Source of the DNA: Chiloscyllium plagiosum
Taxonomy: Eukaryota
Assembly (NCBI RefSeq): GCF_004010195.1
Contig: NC_057718.1
Coordinates: 36,435,772 to 36,495,944 of the forward strand
Reading direction: 5' to 3'
DNA length: 60,173 bases
Made by a program: the position numbers and the translations under genes
Part shown: piece after piece, positions 21,904 to 34,847 of the stretch
How positions within the stretch are numbered: the stretch's first letter is position 1
How the letters are laid out: each line of letters starts with the position of its first letter
The notes under the pieces: model-generated
What the model was told of the DNA's origin: nothing
Database searches by the model: none
Seen by the model: only the letters and a program-made list of their open reading frames with translations

Positions 21904-24900
21904 ATGTCCAGAGTATGTAATATTACAGACTGCATTCTCCTGTTACCCTCACCCAAAAGAAGTGACGCCAAGCATTGCTATCAGCCCAATGAAGCCCAAC
22001 TCCAACCAGACTGGCTGAGCTTTCATTTTCTCCGAGCTAGGTTTATTTTGGCTATTCCCTTCCTACTGCATACAAATAGCAGCAGTAACCCACTCCATTC
22101 CCTTTATAACTGCTGCTTCTGCCAGTCACTCTTAGGGAGAGGTTTGGTGACACTCGCCAGTTAGAACATCTCAAAACCACAAGATGGAGGCAGGGCATCT
22201 ATTTGCAGCTTTTGTGTGATCACAGTTTGCCCATCGCTCACCCTTCTGGCTCTTGGACAAGACCTTCAGCGAAAACAAAAGATGCTGTACACCAAGGTAA
22301 TTAAATGATCCCCTCCCTTGTGTTGCAATCAAAGGTTTGCAGCTGCAAGAATTTCCCAGCCTACCAAGGTGCACTCTTTGCCTTTGGCAGGATTCCCAGA
22401 GGAATCGATTCTGCATGTGTAATGAATTCTGACCTTGTTCAGGTCATGGCAGGGTCAGGCCAGGAGTCTAAAATTCTGTCCTGACCCACTTGGAGCAGGA
22501 AAAAGGTTTCTTAGTTATTTGGAAAGATCGTTGCAATGCATTTGGCTTAAAGTAAACAGGAAGGGAAGATATCCTGTCGTGTTGTGAAAAAGTATTTTGC
22601 TAGCAATTTAGTAAATGGACATAAGTTTAAATTTCACAACAGTGGTGATCGAATATTAATGGCTCACTTTGTCCCATGTCTGATTTTCTTTCCAAAGAAA
22701 TTGGCAGGGCTTATCATTTGGGCAGCTGGTTCACTATCATCCATTTTTGTTGCCGAATGCTAAAATGGCACACTGTTTGCAAGTACAGTTAGATCAATTC
22801 AAGACAATGTGTGCATTACTCTTTGAAGTTTTAAAGTAATTGTAGCTGATGTTTCAAACATTGAATAAAGTTAAACATCATCAAATTATATTCAATTTGA
22901 TTATAGAGGACTCACTTTAATCCTTAATTGTATTTTTAGTTGGAGAACAAATGAATTATAAAAGGATCGATTTGAAGAATGATTCTGAAGTAAATAATGT
23001 ACTTTATGTACAAATTAATGTTCCACTGAAATATTAATCCATGTTCAACTTTGAGCAATTGGTATTTTAACATTTTAATTGAGGATGTATTACATCATTC
23101 CAGCTCATGAATGGTGTCTGGAACAGAGTATATGAATCCAGGGTTTACATCCTCTTATACTCTTAAGATTTATTGAATTCATCTGTTTTCTTAAAATGCA
23201 TCAAATTATTGTATTGTATCAGAATAATAACATGGCACATGTTTATTTCATTTGTAAATCAATCTTTAACTTCTTAACTTTTCCCAAAATGTAGCTTAAG
23301 TTTCCCTATTGTTACTGAAGCGGATATACTTTTACCAGTGAACTTGTCAATAACAATATGTGAATGTAATTCAGATCATTGGCATTGATTCAAATCACCT
23401 GCCTTGTCTTATATTGTGTATGATTCTGGTATTCCACATTGTTATATTCTGGGATAAAGTAATCATTAGATATTGATAGATAATGGGAGATATAATTTAT
23501 ATTTATTGGATCTTTGCGTGAATTATCTATCATCTATCCGTCTGTTACCTGTCCATCGTCTATCACCATTATTACTTCCTTATGAATATCTAATTCATGG
23601 TTAGAGGTAATTTATAGTTCAGGGAAGATGATATTTATGACATGAAGGGAATTAAAATGCTGGAATTTGGAGACTGCCAGAATACCTAAAGAAATGGGAG
23701 AACAAAAGGTGACTTGGCAGAACAAAAAGGTGACGCATGTTAGTTTAAAAAAGTCAGAATGGAAGAGATGGAACTATAAAACAGCAGATAGTTTACTTGG
23801 TTAAAGAATTGGAGACATGGTGTCTGCAATCTGTACAGTAATGGTTGTCCAGAGGAATGTTTTTGGTTTGCAAGATAGAGCTAAATTAGTTTATAACATA
23901 CTGTCAAGCCTGAAAGATTATAACAGCTATTTACTTCATCATACCAAAGGAGAGGGATAATTAACCATAAAAGTCAGCATATGAACATCCCAGAGCAGGC
24001 TGCATTATCATGGATATGGGTGAAGCTCAGAGATGTTTTCTGGTTCAGTTTAACTGGATGCTAACTCAGACAGTTATTTGCAGTTTGGGCTTGCTGTAGT
24101 TTGCAGCTCACTCAGAGAAGCAAATCAAAGTAAATAACCTACACTATAAGCAAATAGAAATAAATTAACATTATTGTTGACTGCATGAGATAGGGATGGA
24201 ATTTAGTTCCAGTTCAAAGTGTTTGAGAGAACAGGAGTTTTAGGATGGGCTAGTTCAGGAATTTCAGAATTTGAAACTAATTGAAGAACCTATAGTGGTC
24301 CTTACCAGGTCTTGTGTAAAGTAAAACAACAAACAAATGAAAATTTGAAAGGAACAAAACAGTGAGTCCACAGCCAAGACATGGTAGATGGATGTTTTAA
24401 CTATTTTGAGAATAGCTGAAACTAAAGAGAATTAAAGATAGTTTCCAAAGGACCCTGACGTGGATATGGATGGTCCCTACCAAGGTAAATAAATTACAGA
24501 ATTAAGCATTGTATAAAGAATGTTTGGGGTAAATATAAAGTAAACCTGAGTGTATTATATAGTTTAATATTTTTAAGTGAACAGTGCATGTTTTGTTTAA
24601 GTTCTTTATGTACAATAAAAGATGCTTTGTTAAAACAATTGAACAGTCTATCTGTGATTTATTAGAACAAGGTGTTCAGATTGCTGTTTAAATGCTAATG
24701 CTGCCTGTTGAATAGGCATGCCAACCCTGCCACTGCATACTGTACACTGCTGATCAGGATGGAAATTGCTGCCATTACCCTTTACACATGTAGGAAACCT
24801 ACAGAGCCCTATTTGGTCTGGTGTGATAGAACAAAACTACTTGCTACTCTAACTAGAACAGTCTCTTGTAGTTAACAAGATACAATTTATTGCACGTTCT

Positions 24901-24904
24901 GTTC

Positions 24905-27900
24905 TTTTAGTTCATCGCATATAGCCATTCCTGGCTGGTATAGCATTTATTACCCAGCCCCCAATTGGTCTGGAGAAGGTAATGGTAAGTTGCATTCTTG
25001 AAGCACTTCGACCCCTTCAAGTGTAGGGACATGTATATCAGTGCTATTAGCAAAGATCTGTCAGGACTATGACTCAATGAGAATGGAGGAACAGCAATAG
25101 AGTTCCAAATCAGGATGATGTGTGCTTTGGAAGGGGCTTGTTCTGCACCTGCTGCCCTGAGCTTCTAGGTAGGAGAGATCATACTTCTGGAAGATGCTGA
25201 TAAGGGAGCCTTGGTAAGTTACTGAAGTCCATTTGTGGGTGGTACACACTGCTGCTACTGTGTATCAATGATGATGGGCATGGTGGTAATGGATTGGTAT
25301 GCTGGTGAAGGGGGCTGCTTTGTTGCAGATGGTGCAAAGCTTCTTCTGTCTTGTTGGAGCTACACTCAACCACGCAACTACAGAGTATTCCATCACATTC
25401 TTCACTTGTGCCTTGCAGATGGAGCACAGGCTTAGGGACAAATGAACAGTTATTCATTATGGAATTCTCAGCCTCTGGCCTGCTCTTGTTGCCGTGGTCT
25501 GCATATGGCTGGTCCAATACAGCTTCTGGTCAATAGTAATACTCAAAACGTGGATCATAGAGAATATAGTCATGGTAATGCCATTGAATGCCATGAGGAG
25601 ATGGTTAGATGTTTTTCTTGTTGGATATGTTTGTTGCTTGACAGCCCAAGCCTGGATGCTGTCCGGGTCTTGCTGAATATGGAGGAATTGTGAATGCTGT
25701 TAAACATTGCGTAATCATCAGCAAACATAGAATATAGAAGGTTACAGTGCAATACAGGCCCTTCAGCCCTCGATATTGAGCCAACCTGTGAAATTAATCT
25801 GATGCCCATCTAGCCTACACCATTCCATTATTATCCATATATATGTCCAATGCCCATTTAACTGTCCTTAACATCAGTAAATTGCTACTGTTGCAGGTAG
25901 GCCATTCCACGCCCCTACTACTCTGAGTAAAGAAACTACCCTGATATCTGTCCTAAATCTATCACTCCTCAATTTAAAGCTATGTCCCTCATTTAGCCTT
26001 CACCATTCAAGGAAAAAGGCTCTTACTTCCACCCTACCTAACCCTCTGATTTATCTTAATAATCTCAATTAAGTCACCTCTCAACCTTCTTCTCTCCAAC
26101 GAAAACAGTTTCAGTTCCCTCAATCTTTCCTCGTAAGACCTTCCTTTCATACCAGGCAAAATCCTAGTAAATCTCCTCTGAACCCTTTCCAAAGCTTCCA
26201 AGTATTCCGAACTGCACGCAGTACTCCCGGTGCAATAAACCAACACACCATATGCCATCTTAACAACCCTATCAACCTGGGTGGCAACTTTCAGGAATCT
26301 ATGCACGTGGACACCGAGATCTCTCTGTTCATCTACACTGCCAAGAATTTTACCATTAGCCCAGTACTCTGCATTCCTGTTAGTTCACTTCGGAAGAAGT
26401 ATCTCACACTTTTCTGCATTAAACTCCATTTGCCACTTCACAGCCCAGCTCTGCAGCTTATCTATGTCCCTCTGTAACCCACAACATCCTTCGGCACTAT
26501 CCACAACTCTGCCTACCTTAGTGTCATCCACATATTTACTAACCCATCCTTCTATGCCCACATTCAGATCATTTATAAAAATGATAAACAGCAATGGCCC
26601 CAAAACAGATCCTTGAAACAAACCACTGGTAACTGAGCTCCAGGATGAACATTTCCCATCAACCACCACCCTCTGTCTTCTTTCAGCTAACCAATTTCTG
26701 ATCCGAACTGCAAAATTACCTTCAATCCTGAAACTCCTTATTTTGTGCAATAGCCTCCCGTGTGGAACCTTATCAAATGCCTTACTGAAGTCCTATACAC
26801 CACATCAACCACCTTACCTTCATCCACCTATTTTGTTACCTTCTCAAAGAACTCAATAAGGTTGGCGAGGCACGACCTACCCTTCACAAAACTGTGTTGA
26901 CTATCTCTAATCAGATTATTCCTTTCCAGATGATTATAAATCCTGTCTCTTGTAACCTTTTCTGACACCTTACCCACAACTGAAGTAAGGCTCATTGGCC
27001 TATAATTACCAGGATTGTCCCGACTCACCTTCTTAAACAAGGGAACATTTACTATCCTCCAGTCTTCTGGCACTGCTCCTGTCAACAATGATGACATAAA
27101 GATCAAAGCTCTGCAATCTCCTCCCTGGCTTCTCAGAGAATCTAAGGACAAATCCCATCTGGCCCAGGGGTCTTATTTATTTTCAGATCTTCCAAAATTC
27201 CAAAAAAAAAATCCTCTTTGTCAACCTCAATCTCATCTAATCTAGTAGCCTGTGTCTCCATATTCTCACTAACATTGCCCTTTTCCAATGTGAGCACTGA
27301 CGAAAAGTATTCATTAAATGTTTCCCCATGTCATCAGATTCTACACACAACTTTCCATGACTATCTTTGATTGGCCCTAATCTTACTCTAGTCATTCTTT
27401 TATTCCTGAGATACCGATAGAAGGTCAAGGGTATTCCTTGATCCTATCTGACAACAACTTCTCATGCCCCTGCCTGGCTCTTCTTTGCCTTCTCTTTACA
27501 TTTGTTCTGGCTAACTTATAACTCTCAAACCCCCTAACTGAGCCTTCATGTCTCATCCTCATATAAGCCTTCCTCTTTCTCTTGACGAGAGCTTCAACCT
27601 CTTTAATAGACCGTGGCTCCCTCTCTCAACAACTACCTTCCTGCCTGATGGGTATGTACTTATCAAGGACCTGCAGTAGCTATTCCTTGAATAGGTTTCA
27701 CATTTCAAGTTTGCCCATTCCCTGCAGGTTCCTTCCCCATCCTATGCATCCCAAACATCCCCACTTCTGACCATATCATAGAGGGAAGGTCATTGGTGAA
27801 GCATCTGAAGATGATTGGGTCTAAGACCCCACCCTGAGGAACTCCTGCAGAGATGTCCTGGAACTGAGATGACTGACCTCCAACAACCACAACCATCTTC

Positions 27901-28330
27901 CTGTTGTGACTCTAACCAACTGAGAGCTTCTCCTCTAATTCCCATCAACTCTAGTTTAATGAGAGTTCCTTGATGCCATATTCAGTCAAATGTGTCAAGA
28001 GTTGTCAGTCTTACCACATTTCTTGAGTTCAGTTGTTTTGCCCATCTTTGGACCAAGACCCTGATGAGATAAAGATTTGAATGGCCCTGGTGCAACCCAA
28101 ACTGAGCATCAGTGAGAGGTTGTTGTTGATTAATTGCAGCTTGACAGCACCATCAAAGACCTCTCCCATCATTTTGCTGATTATTGAGAATAGACTTTTT
28201 GAACAGTAACTGGCCAGCTTTGATTTGTCCTGCTTTTTTGTGTTCAGGACATATCTGGACAATTTTCCACATTAGGTAGATGCCGCTCTTGTAGCTGCAC
28301 AGTAACAGTTTGGCTAGGGACACAGCTAGT
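24905..28330 (-). mobile_element. Second-family LINE (CR1/L2 superfamily) RT plus 3' end, split by a nested CR1
   Basis: AGVPQGGVLDPIIFRCFTNDLPS...EVGMF (27752-27896) continues as MFADDYAMF (below 25728). Confidence 0.85.
25729..27751 (-). mobile_element. CR1 LINE, 2-kb 5'-truncated copy with a 7-bp TSD
   Basis: PEDWRIVNVPLFKK..RDNPGNYRP, QGSVLGPLLFIIFINDL and KYVDDTK motifs; TSD caaacat at 25722-25728 and 27752-27758. Confidence 0.92.
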
Positions 28331-28344
28331 TCAGTAATATTACT

Positions 28345-28645
28345 CCTCCGGTAAGATGGCGGCTGAGTAGGGATTCTGACTCAGGGGTTCACTCGCTTAT
28401 CTGCTTTTCGTTTTGTTTCTTTATTTTTTCTTTCTCCTCTTTCAAGACCTAGTTCAGGCTTCGGGTGAGGCAGGACATACCTGGAGGCTGCAGCAGTGGC
28501 TGAACATGAGGCCTTCGACGTCCTTGGGGGCAGGGCGAGAGCAGGCCCGGCCTTCTGAGCATGTGCGGCAGCAGTGGCAGGAATCGTATCCTTGGAGGAG
28601 TGTGAGCAAAGAGGAGGAGATTGAGCCACTCAGACTCTCAGGAAG
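28345..28645 (+). other. GC/CpG-rich block beginning with a YY1-type motif; probable isolated 5' end of a retroelement
   Basis: aagatggcggc at 28353-28363, followed by a T-rich tract and CpG-containing sequence, directly abutting the LINE 5' truncation point. Confidence 0.45.
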
Positions 28646-28879
28646 AGACTATAAGTCAATATGGTCTTCCATCTAGCAAAACATCAGTTTTCCAAACCTG
28701 CAGAGAATATATTCCAGAAGCATAGGGAAACCTCCAGATCACCTAACTTTGTAACTTCAGAAATAATATGGCTGAAGGGGTAATGGTAAATGTAACAATG
28801 TCCACAAATATGTACACCACACTGAAAAAACCTTGAAAAAAGCTAAATAATAATAAATTACAATAAACTCCAATCTGAT

Positions 28880-29400
28880 ACTTCTTCAGTTGCAAATCTT
28901 TTCTATTTTCTGAAAGCCACATCTCCTGGAATATACATTTACAGTGGTCAGCCTGCAGCCACATCTCAGTAATGGCTATTAGCTCAAACTGTGACTTTAA
29001 TGCAGTTATCTATTTATAAAGGTTTGCTGCATTCAGATATGATACCTTTAACTTTAACCTTTTTGTACTTGTCCCTGATATGATCTTAGTTGATAATGTA
29101 CAATTACCATTGTTAAACTCTCTTCCCTTCCTGAAACAAACTGTTTGATCTTACACAAATCATTACTCTGCTCTGCAAACTTGACATTTTGCTTCAGGTA
29201 TATGGAATTGTTATGTCCTGAATCCTTTTTTATTGAAGGCCATGCTACATTCATTACATGATTCACCAGGTCACTGATCTCAGCCTGGCTGAAGTGGAGC
29301 TCTCCCCAATTAAACCGTTCCATCTTTTCCCATTACAGTCCCAGTACTCCATGAGTTCTGCCTTCCGCACACATGTAAATCACTTAATCTCTTTGGGTAA
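28880..29400 (-). mobile_element. Ancient CR1 fragment (start of the APE endonuclease)
   Basis: Minus strand YLNAANL...LIAITEMWL. Confidence 0.6.
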
Positions 29401-29920
29401 GGTGTGAGAGATTCAAGAAGAATTAACTTTGAGGTTCTTGTTTTGAATTTGTATTGCGTCTCCTCAGACTCTCTCAGCATAACCTCATTTCTAGTTCTAC
29501 GTTGTTTCTATATGAACCACAATGGAATCATACAGTTCCTCAGCAGGGAGGTGGTGTGCACCTGATAGGTAGTCGATCCTTCAGTTTGTAGCTGTACAGA
29601 CAGCTTTTATCCTTCTACTACAATCTCCCCTACAACAATCACTTTCACTTCCCCAGTCAAATAAACTATCTTACTATGGTTTTATCCATCCACCCTGCGG
29701 TCTTTTCTCACTTCCACATCAATAACAATTACCTTGTATCCGCTGAACAATGGCAGAGACTGAGGTCCCTGCACCACTGCAGATGCTGTGTGAGTGTTTT
29801 CTGTGTGCTGGATAGTGTTGGTTTGTAGCAGGGCAGTCTGCTGTTTAGTAGATCAAAAATGTTTATAATTTTAATATTTGTAGGCCAATTTTTTTTGAGC
29901 AAATAAATAAAAATGAGTTT

Positions 29921-30185
29921 GGGCAGTACGGTGGCTGTGCCTCACGGCACCAGGGATCCGGAGTCGGTTCCAGCCTTGGGCGATTGTCTATGTGAAGTTT
30001 GCACGTTCCCCCTGTATCTCCACAGGTTCCCTCCAGGTGCTCTGGTTTTCTCTCACAGATGTGCGGGTTAGGTGGATTGGCCATAGGAAATGCAGTGTAA
30101 TGGTGTCTGGTGGGATGCTCTTCAGAGTGGCGGTGTGGACTCCAAGGGCTGAATGGCCTGCTCCCACTCTGTAGGGATTCTATAA
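29921..30185 (+). mobile_element. HE1-like V-SINE (tRNA-derived)
   Basis: gggcagtacggtggc head, V-domain tgtgaagtttgcacgttc...ggattggccat, and a CR1-like tail. Confidence 0.88.
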
Positions 30186-31339
30186 CCTAAAGGTGAAAGG
30201 CTGACTTGTTGCGAGAGGTTCAGCAGTTACTACTTTTGATGCACTCTTGTTTTAAGCAACTACACAACATTAGTCACAGCTGAAAGCAGCACTTTTTACT
30301 ATTTACTACAGAATGTGATCCTGTCACCACCTGCAAGCACCTGTTTTATGGACTTGCAGAAACTCCAGGACCGGGGACTGGTGGCGATGGAGGGGCGGGG
30401 GTTGGGAGAATGTGATTTGACATGACCCAGTATCCCCAGAGTGGACAAAGAGAAACACCTCTTCTCAAAGTCTTCCATAGACAGTACTCCATTGAGGGGA
30501 AAATCCTTCAGTTCCATTGATCTGAAAATTCTCTCATTGTGCCGATAAAGTGGGATAGTCATACCTTGTGTAATTTATTATCTTGTTGTTGCCAATGAAG
30601 AACAATTAAGTAAAAAGCAAATTCTATAAGCGTCACTGTGCAATTAGAGTTTCCAAATCTGCTTGGGCATATTCCTGAATTTTTCATTACGGAACCTCCT
30701 GCCTACAACTACCACCCACTCATAACTTTTATTGCTGTCTTCAATACTTTGATAATTAGATTTGTAAAAATGTTGAAAGGAATGGGGAAATAAAACCCAT
30801 TTATTTTCAGGCTGGGATGCACACAGCAGAGTCCAGGAGAGAAATTTTTAACACTCAGCGATTCCAGGTCAATCCCAGGACATTTGGCAACTAAGAGAAG
30901 CAATGTTGATCCACACCTTTAACAGTGAAACAAATACCTGTTGGCTGGCATCACTGTATTTCTTGGAGTGGACTCAATACTGAACAACAAGTCTCAGGGA
31001 AGCTAAAGGCCTCTGAAAAACAGCACAGCTGTTCAAGTGTGAACTAATATTGATGGGAACGTTTTTCATATTGACAATGAGTGGGCAATGTACTATACTG
31101 TTTACCAGTTCATCAAAAAGAGGCAATTAACAGCCTAAAAATTAAAGCAAACCGAATGTGTCATTCATGGGAGTTAAAGATAAGCAAGCAAAGCATTGAG
31201 ACTCCATGGGAGTAGAAATTGGATGGGTCTATTTTTCACTGACAGCATGTCTCTAGCCAAGAGGCCTAAAGAACAGCTAAAATTGTTCCTCAGACCCAGT
31301 TTTAATATGACCTAGACCTCTCTAGTACTGGACTCTTGG

Positions 31340-31605
31340 GTATCCTTGATTTCAATCACTGTGCCACTGACAGCTATGCCTTCACCCCTCAAGGCCTTAA
31401 ATCCTTCAATAACCTTCCGAAACCTCTCTGTATTTCCATCTTCTCCTTTAAGACGCTGCTTAAAACAGAACTATCTGACCAAGCTTTCCCTCTTCTGTCC
31501 TGAAATCCTCTTGTGTGGTATGGGTGTCCAATTTTAATAATGCTCCTGGGAATGTTGGAAAGTATTTTACCGAATTAAAGGCTGGAATTAATGCAAGTTG
31601 TTGTG
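31340..31605 (+). mobile_element. L2-type LINE/SINE 3' end
   Basis: ctcctttaagacgctgcttaaaac...aatgcaagttgttgt terminus. Confidence 0.55.
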
Positions 31606-32691
31606 CAAAGCCCCAACAGTCAGGGAAGTCTGTAAATCCCACACCTGGAAACAGCATGGAGACGTAGTTTAATTGGTCTGTTCTCCCATTTTTCGAAAAC
31701 TTTGACTTTCCTTCTGTTTTTGTGATCTTTGAAGTTCCCAAAGGAAAGTTTAGGAAGGGTAGCCACTGCCAATTGAGAAAAGTCAAAACATCCTAAACAG
31801 AATCTCACTACCCTCCACACAGAAAATGATGACAGTATTTTCAGCGCAGATCTCTCCAGTCTTGTTTAACTCACCACTGGTGCCAATGTGTCTGGTTCTA
31901 ATGTAAGATGATGTTCCTGGGAAGCTGCAGTTTAGGTTATGATGAGGCCATGTACCATTGAATGCTCAAACAGTATATCATCCTGTCTTTCTCACAGACT
32001 GACTGATGCTTGATTGCTTTGAATTGTCAGCTTTATTGCAGTTGTGCTCGTTACTCTGAAGATGGCGGCTGACTTTTCTGCATATTGGTAAACAGGTTTG
32101 CTTTCCAACACACCCTGCAGAATATGATTGCATTGCAGAGTCAGCGCTGAATTGGATGTAAATCAAGGTGCCTTGGCTGAAACAGTAATCAATCAGGATA
32201 AGGTTCTGTGAATTTCTCAGCTTACATCATAACTTTGAGATTCAGCTATAACGTACAAAAATCAGACCATTTAGCTCTAGTAATGTCTGTTCCAGCAAAA
32301 TCTCTTGTTTGTTAAAATGTGTACTTTTATGAAAAACAGCCATTTTCTTCCTGTGTCTTTATATGGGAAGCACATACCTTGCTTTACAGGTGACTTGATC
32401 TAAAGCTTCTGCCAATCTGCACTTTAACTTGTTAGACATACTGAGATAGCATAGGGTGGATGGCTGAGTTCCACCATTCAGTAATGAAAACAATGAGTGT
32501 TCGAAATACACAGTTGGACAATTAGGTTTGAGCTGGGTACACATTTTGGGTGGAGACATTTCATTACAACTTTGACAGGATGCTGAAATCTTTACTAATA
32601 TTTTTCAAGTCCAATATGCAGATTGGGATTCATTTTTATTGATAACTTCAGATGAGCAACTGCAGTGCAAATCTATATCCCATTACACTCT

Positions 32692-32995
32692 GGGCAGGCC
32701 AGAGTGGCTCAGTTTGTAACAACCTTCCCTAAGGAGTATTGTGGATTCAACTCAACTCTCTAGGACTTGAGCAATAAAACAAGTCAAAGCTGTCCAGTGC
32801 AGATGGCAAGGCTGCCAAAGCTCCTGTCTGCATTCTCATGGCATTATTTTGAAAGAGGGGGTCCTGTGTCTCAGTGTCCTGGCCAATCTTTATCCCATAA
32901 TTGACAATAAAAATGCAGACTGTCTGCAGTTATCACAATGCTGGACCTTGTTGTGCATAAATTGGTGAATGACTTCTGACATCACAACAATGACC
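32692..32995 (+). mobile_element. Deu-domain SINE remnant (SacSINE1-like)
   Basis: tRNA-like head (gtggctcagt...ggattcaact) and catggcattattttgaaaga...gtgtcctggccaatctttatccc resembling the Deu core. Confidence 0.6.
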
Positions 32996-33805
32996 ATGGG
33001 GCCCCAGAGCCATTGGGAGATTGGTGACAGAATTGGATGAGAAATCCGTGAGGCCTATCTTGACATTGGGAGCATCTCACAAACTCTTATGTCTTTGATA
33101 AGAATAGCTTGGTGAATTGAATGGATTGGAGTGTTGCTCAGCAGCGGTGAGTTACAAGTCAAGGGTAATTATTGTTTGGTAAACTCCTTATTAACTACTC
33201 AACTTGCTTCATTAATATACATCTTCCCAGGTCATCAAGGACACCAAACAAGTTAGACGTTGAGAGATCGCAACATAGAAATCAAAATGTCCCTATGTTT
33301 AGATATTAACATCTCAGGCTTTATGGGCACCAGCTATATGTACCAAAAACATCAGCATCTAACACGTGCCAACCTCAAAGAGCCCTCAAGGCACATCTCC
33401 AATTCAATAACTGGATGCATCTGCACTTTGATGGTGCACCTCAGTCTGCATTGATAACTTTGATTGGAATGCTGCAGGGGTAGTGTACACTCAGGGACAC
33501 ACACCCAGCTCATACACTGGAGCAAGCTGCATGTCTGGGCTTTTTGCTGGCTGTCATAATGGCCACTCACTCTGAGCCAGCATGGATGCCTTGCATTGCA
33601 CTACTTTTGCCTTTGTGCGCTTTGACTCCTCAGCCAAAGAACAAATTTGTATTGTTTCTGTCTCAGTGCGTTGTACAGCATTGACATAAAAGCAGCAAGC
33701 TTGTTGTAGCGCTCAGCAGGTCTCCGTTTAAGTCAAGGGTCTAGGCCGCGTAACTCAAGGGCAGCATCCGAGATCAGTCCAGGGGCTCGGGCATTCAGTC
33801 AGTGT

Positions 33806-34847
33806 TTAGAGTCAGCATAGAGTCAGAGAGATCTACAGCATGGAAACAGATCCTTTGGTCCAACTCGTCCATGCCGACTAGATATTGTAGACTAAGCTGG
33901 TCCCATTTGCCAGCACTTGGTCCATATCCCTCAAAACCCTTCTTATTCATATACCCATCCAGATGCCTCTTAAATATTGTAATTTTACCAGCCTCCACTA
34001 CTTCCTCTGGCAGCTCATCCCATACATGTACCACTCCGCCTCTTTACTTACCTCCTTTTCTATCCTTCCTGTAACATTTGTATCCTGGAACATTAAGCTG
34101 CCAGTCGTGCCCAACCCTAAGCCATGTTTCTGTAATTGCTATGATATCCCAGTCCCATTTTCCTAACCATGCCCTGAGTTCATCTGTCTGTCCTATTAGG
34201 CTTCTTGTATTAAAATAAATGTAATTTAATTTATTAGTCCTACTTCATTCTCTGCTATGTTCCTGGCTGCCCTGATTGTTTGTCTTGCTCCTTTCCCCAT
34301 CTGTACCAGACTGATCTCTTTCCTCACTATCTCCCCGGGTCCCACCCCCCCTACCTTACTAGTTTAAATCCTCCCAAGCAGCTCTACCCAATCTCCATGC
34401 CAGTATATTCGTCCCCTTCCAATTCAGGTGCAATCCATCCCTCTTGTACAGGTCCTCTGTGTTGAACCATTGCCCCTTAGGTCTCTTTTATATCTTTTCC
34501 CCTCTCACCCTCAACTGATGCCTTCTAGCTCTGGACTCCCCCACCCCAGTGAAAAGACCTTGTCTATTTATCCTATCCTATCATCCCCTCATGATTTTAT
34601 AAACCTCTATAAGGCCTCAGCCTCCAACACTCCAGGGAAAACAGCCCCAACCTATGCAGCCTCTTTCTCTCTTTGGCTCAAATCCTCCAACCCTGGCAGC
34701 ATCCTTGTAAATCTTTTATGAAGCCTTTCAAATTTCACAACATCCTTCCAAGAGGAGAATTGCACACAATATTCCAAAAGTGACCTACCAATGTCCTGTA
34801 TAGCTGCAATATGACCTCCCAATTCCTATACCAATATAGGAAAGCAT
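33806..34847 (-). mobile_element. HER1/CR1 3' fragment (host of the nest), resuming at 40004-40155
   Basis: WDELPEEVVEAG motif; ...ggaaagcat (34847) joins accaaatgccttcttc (40004), contiguous in the paralogue at about 12801-12825. Confidence 0.88.

Noticed and set aside
23580..24660. Possible old LTR
   Set aside because: Composition is suggestive (AATAAA near 24614), but I could not define termini, a TSD or a second copy.
30640..30895. Possible MITE with tagggttgccaa-like ends
   Set aside because: The terminal repeats are too degenerate and no TSD is visible.
32059..32070. Third AAGATGGCGGC motif
   Set aside because: Isolated, with no CpG-rich or element context; it cannot be distinguished from chance.
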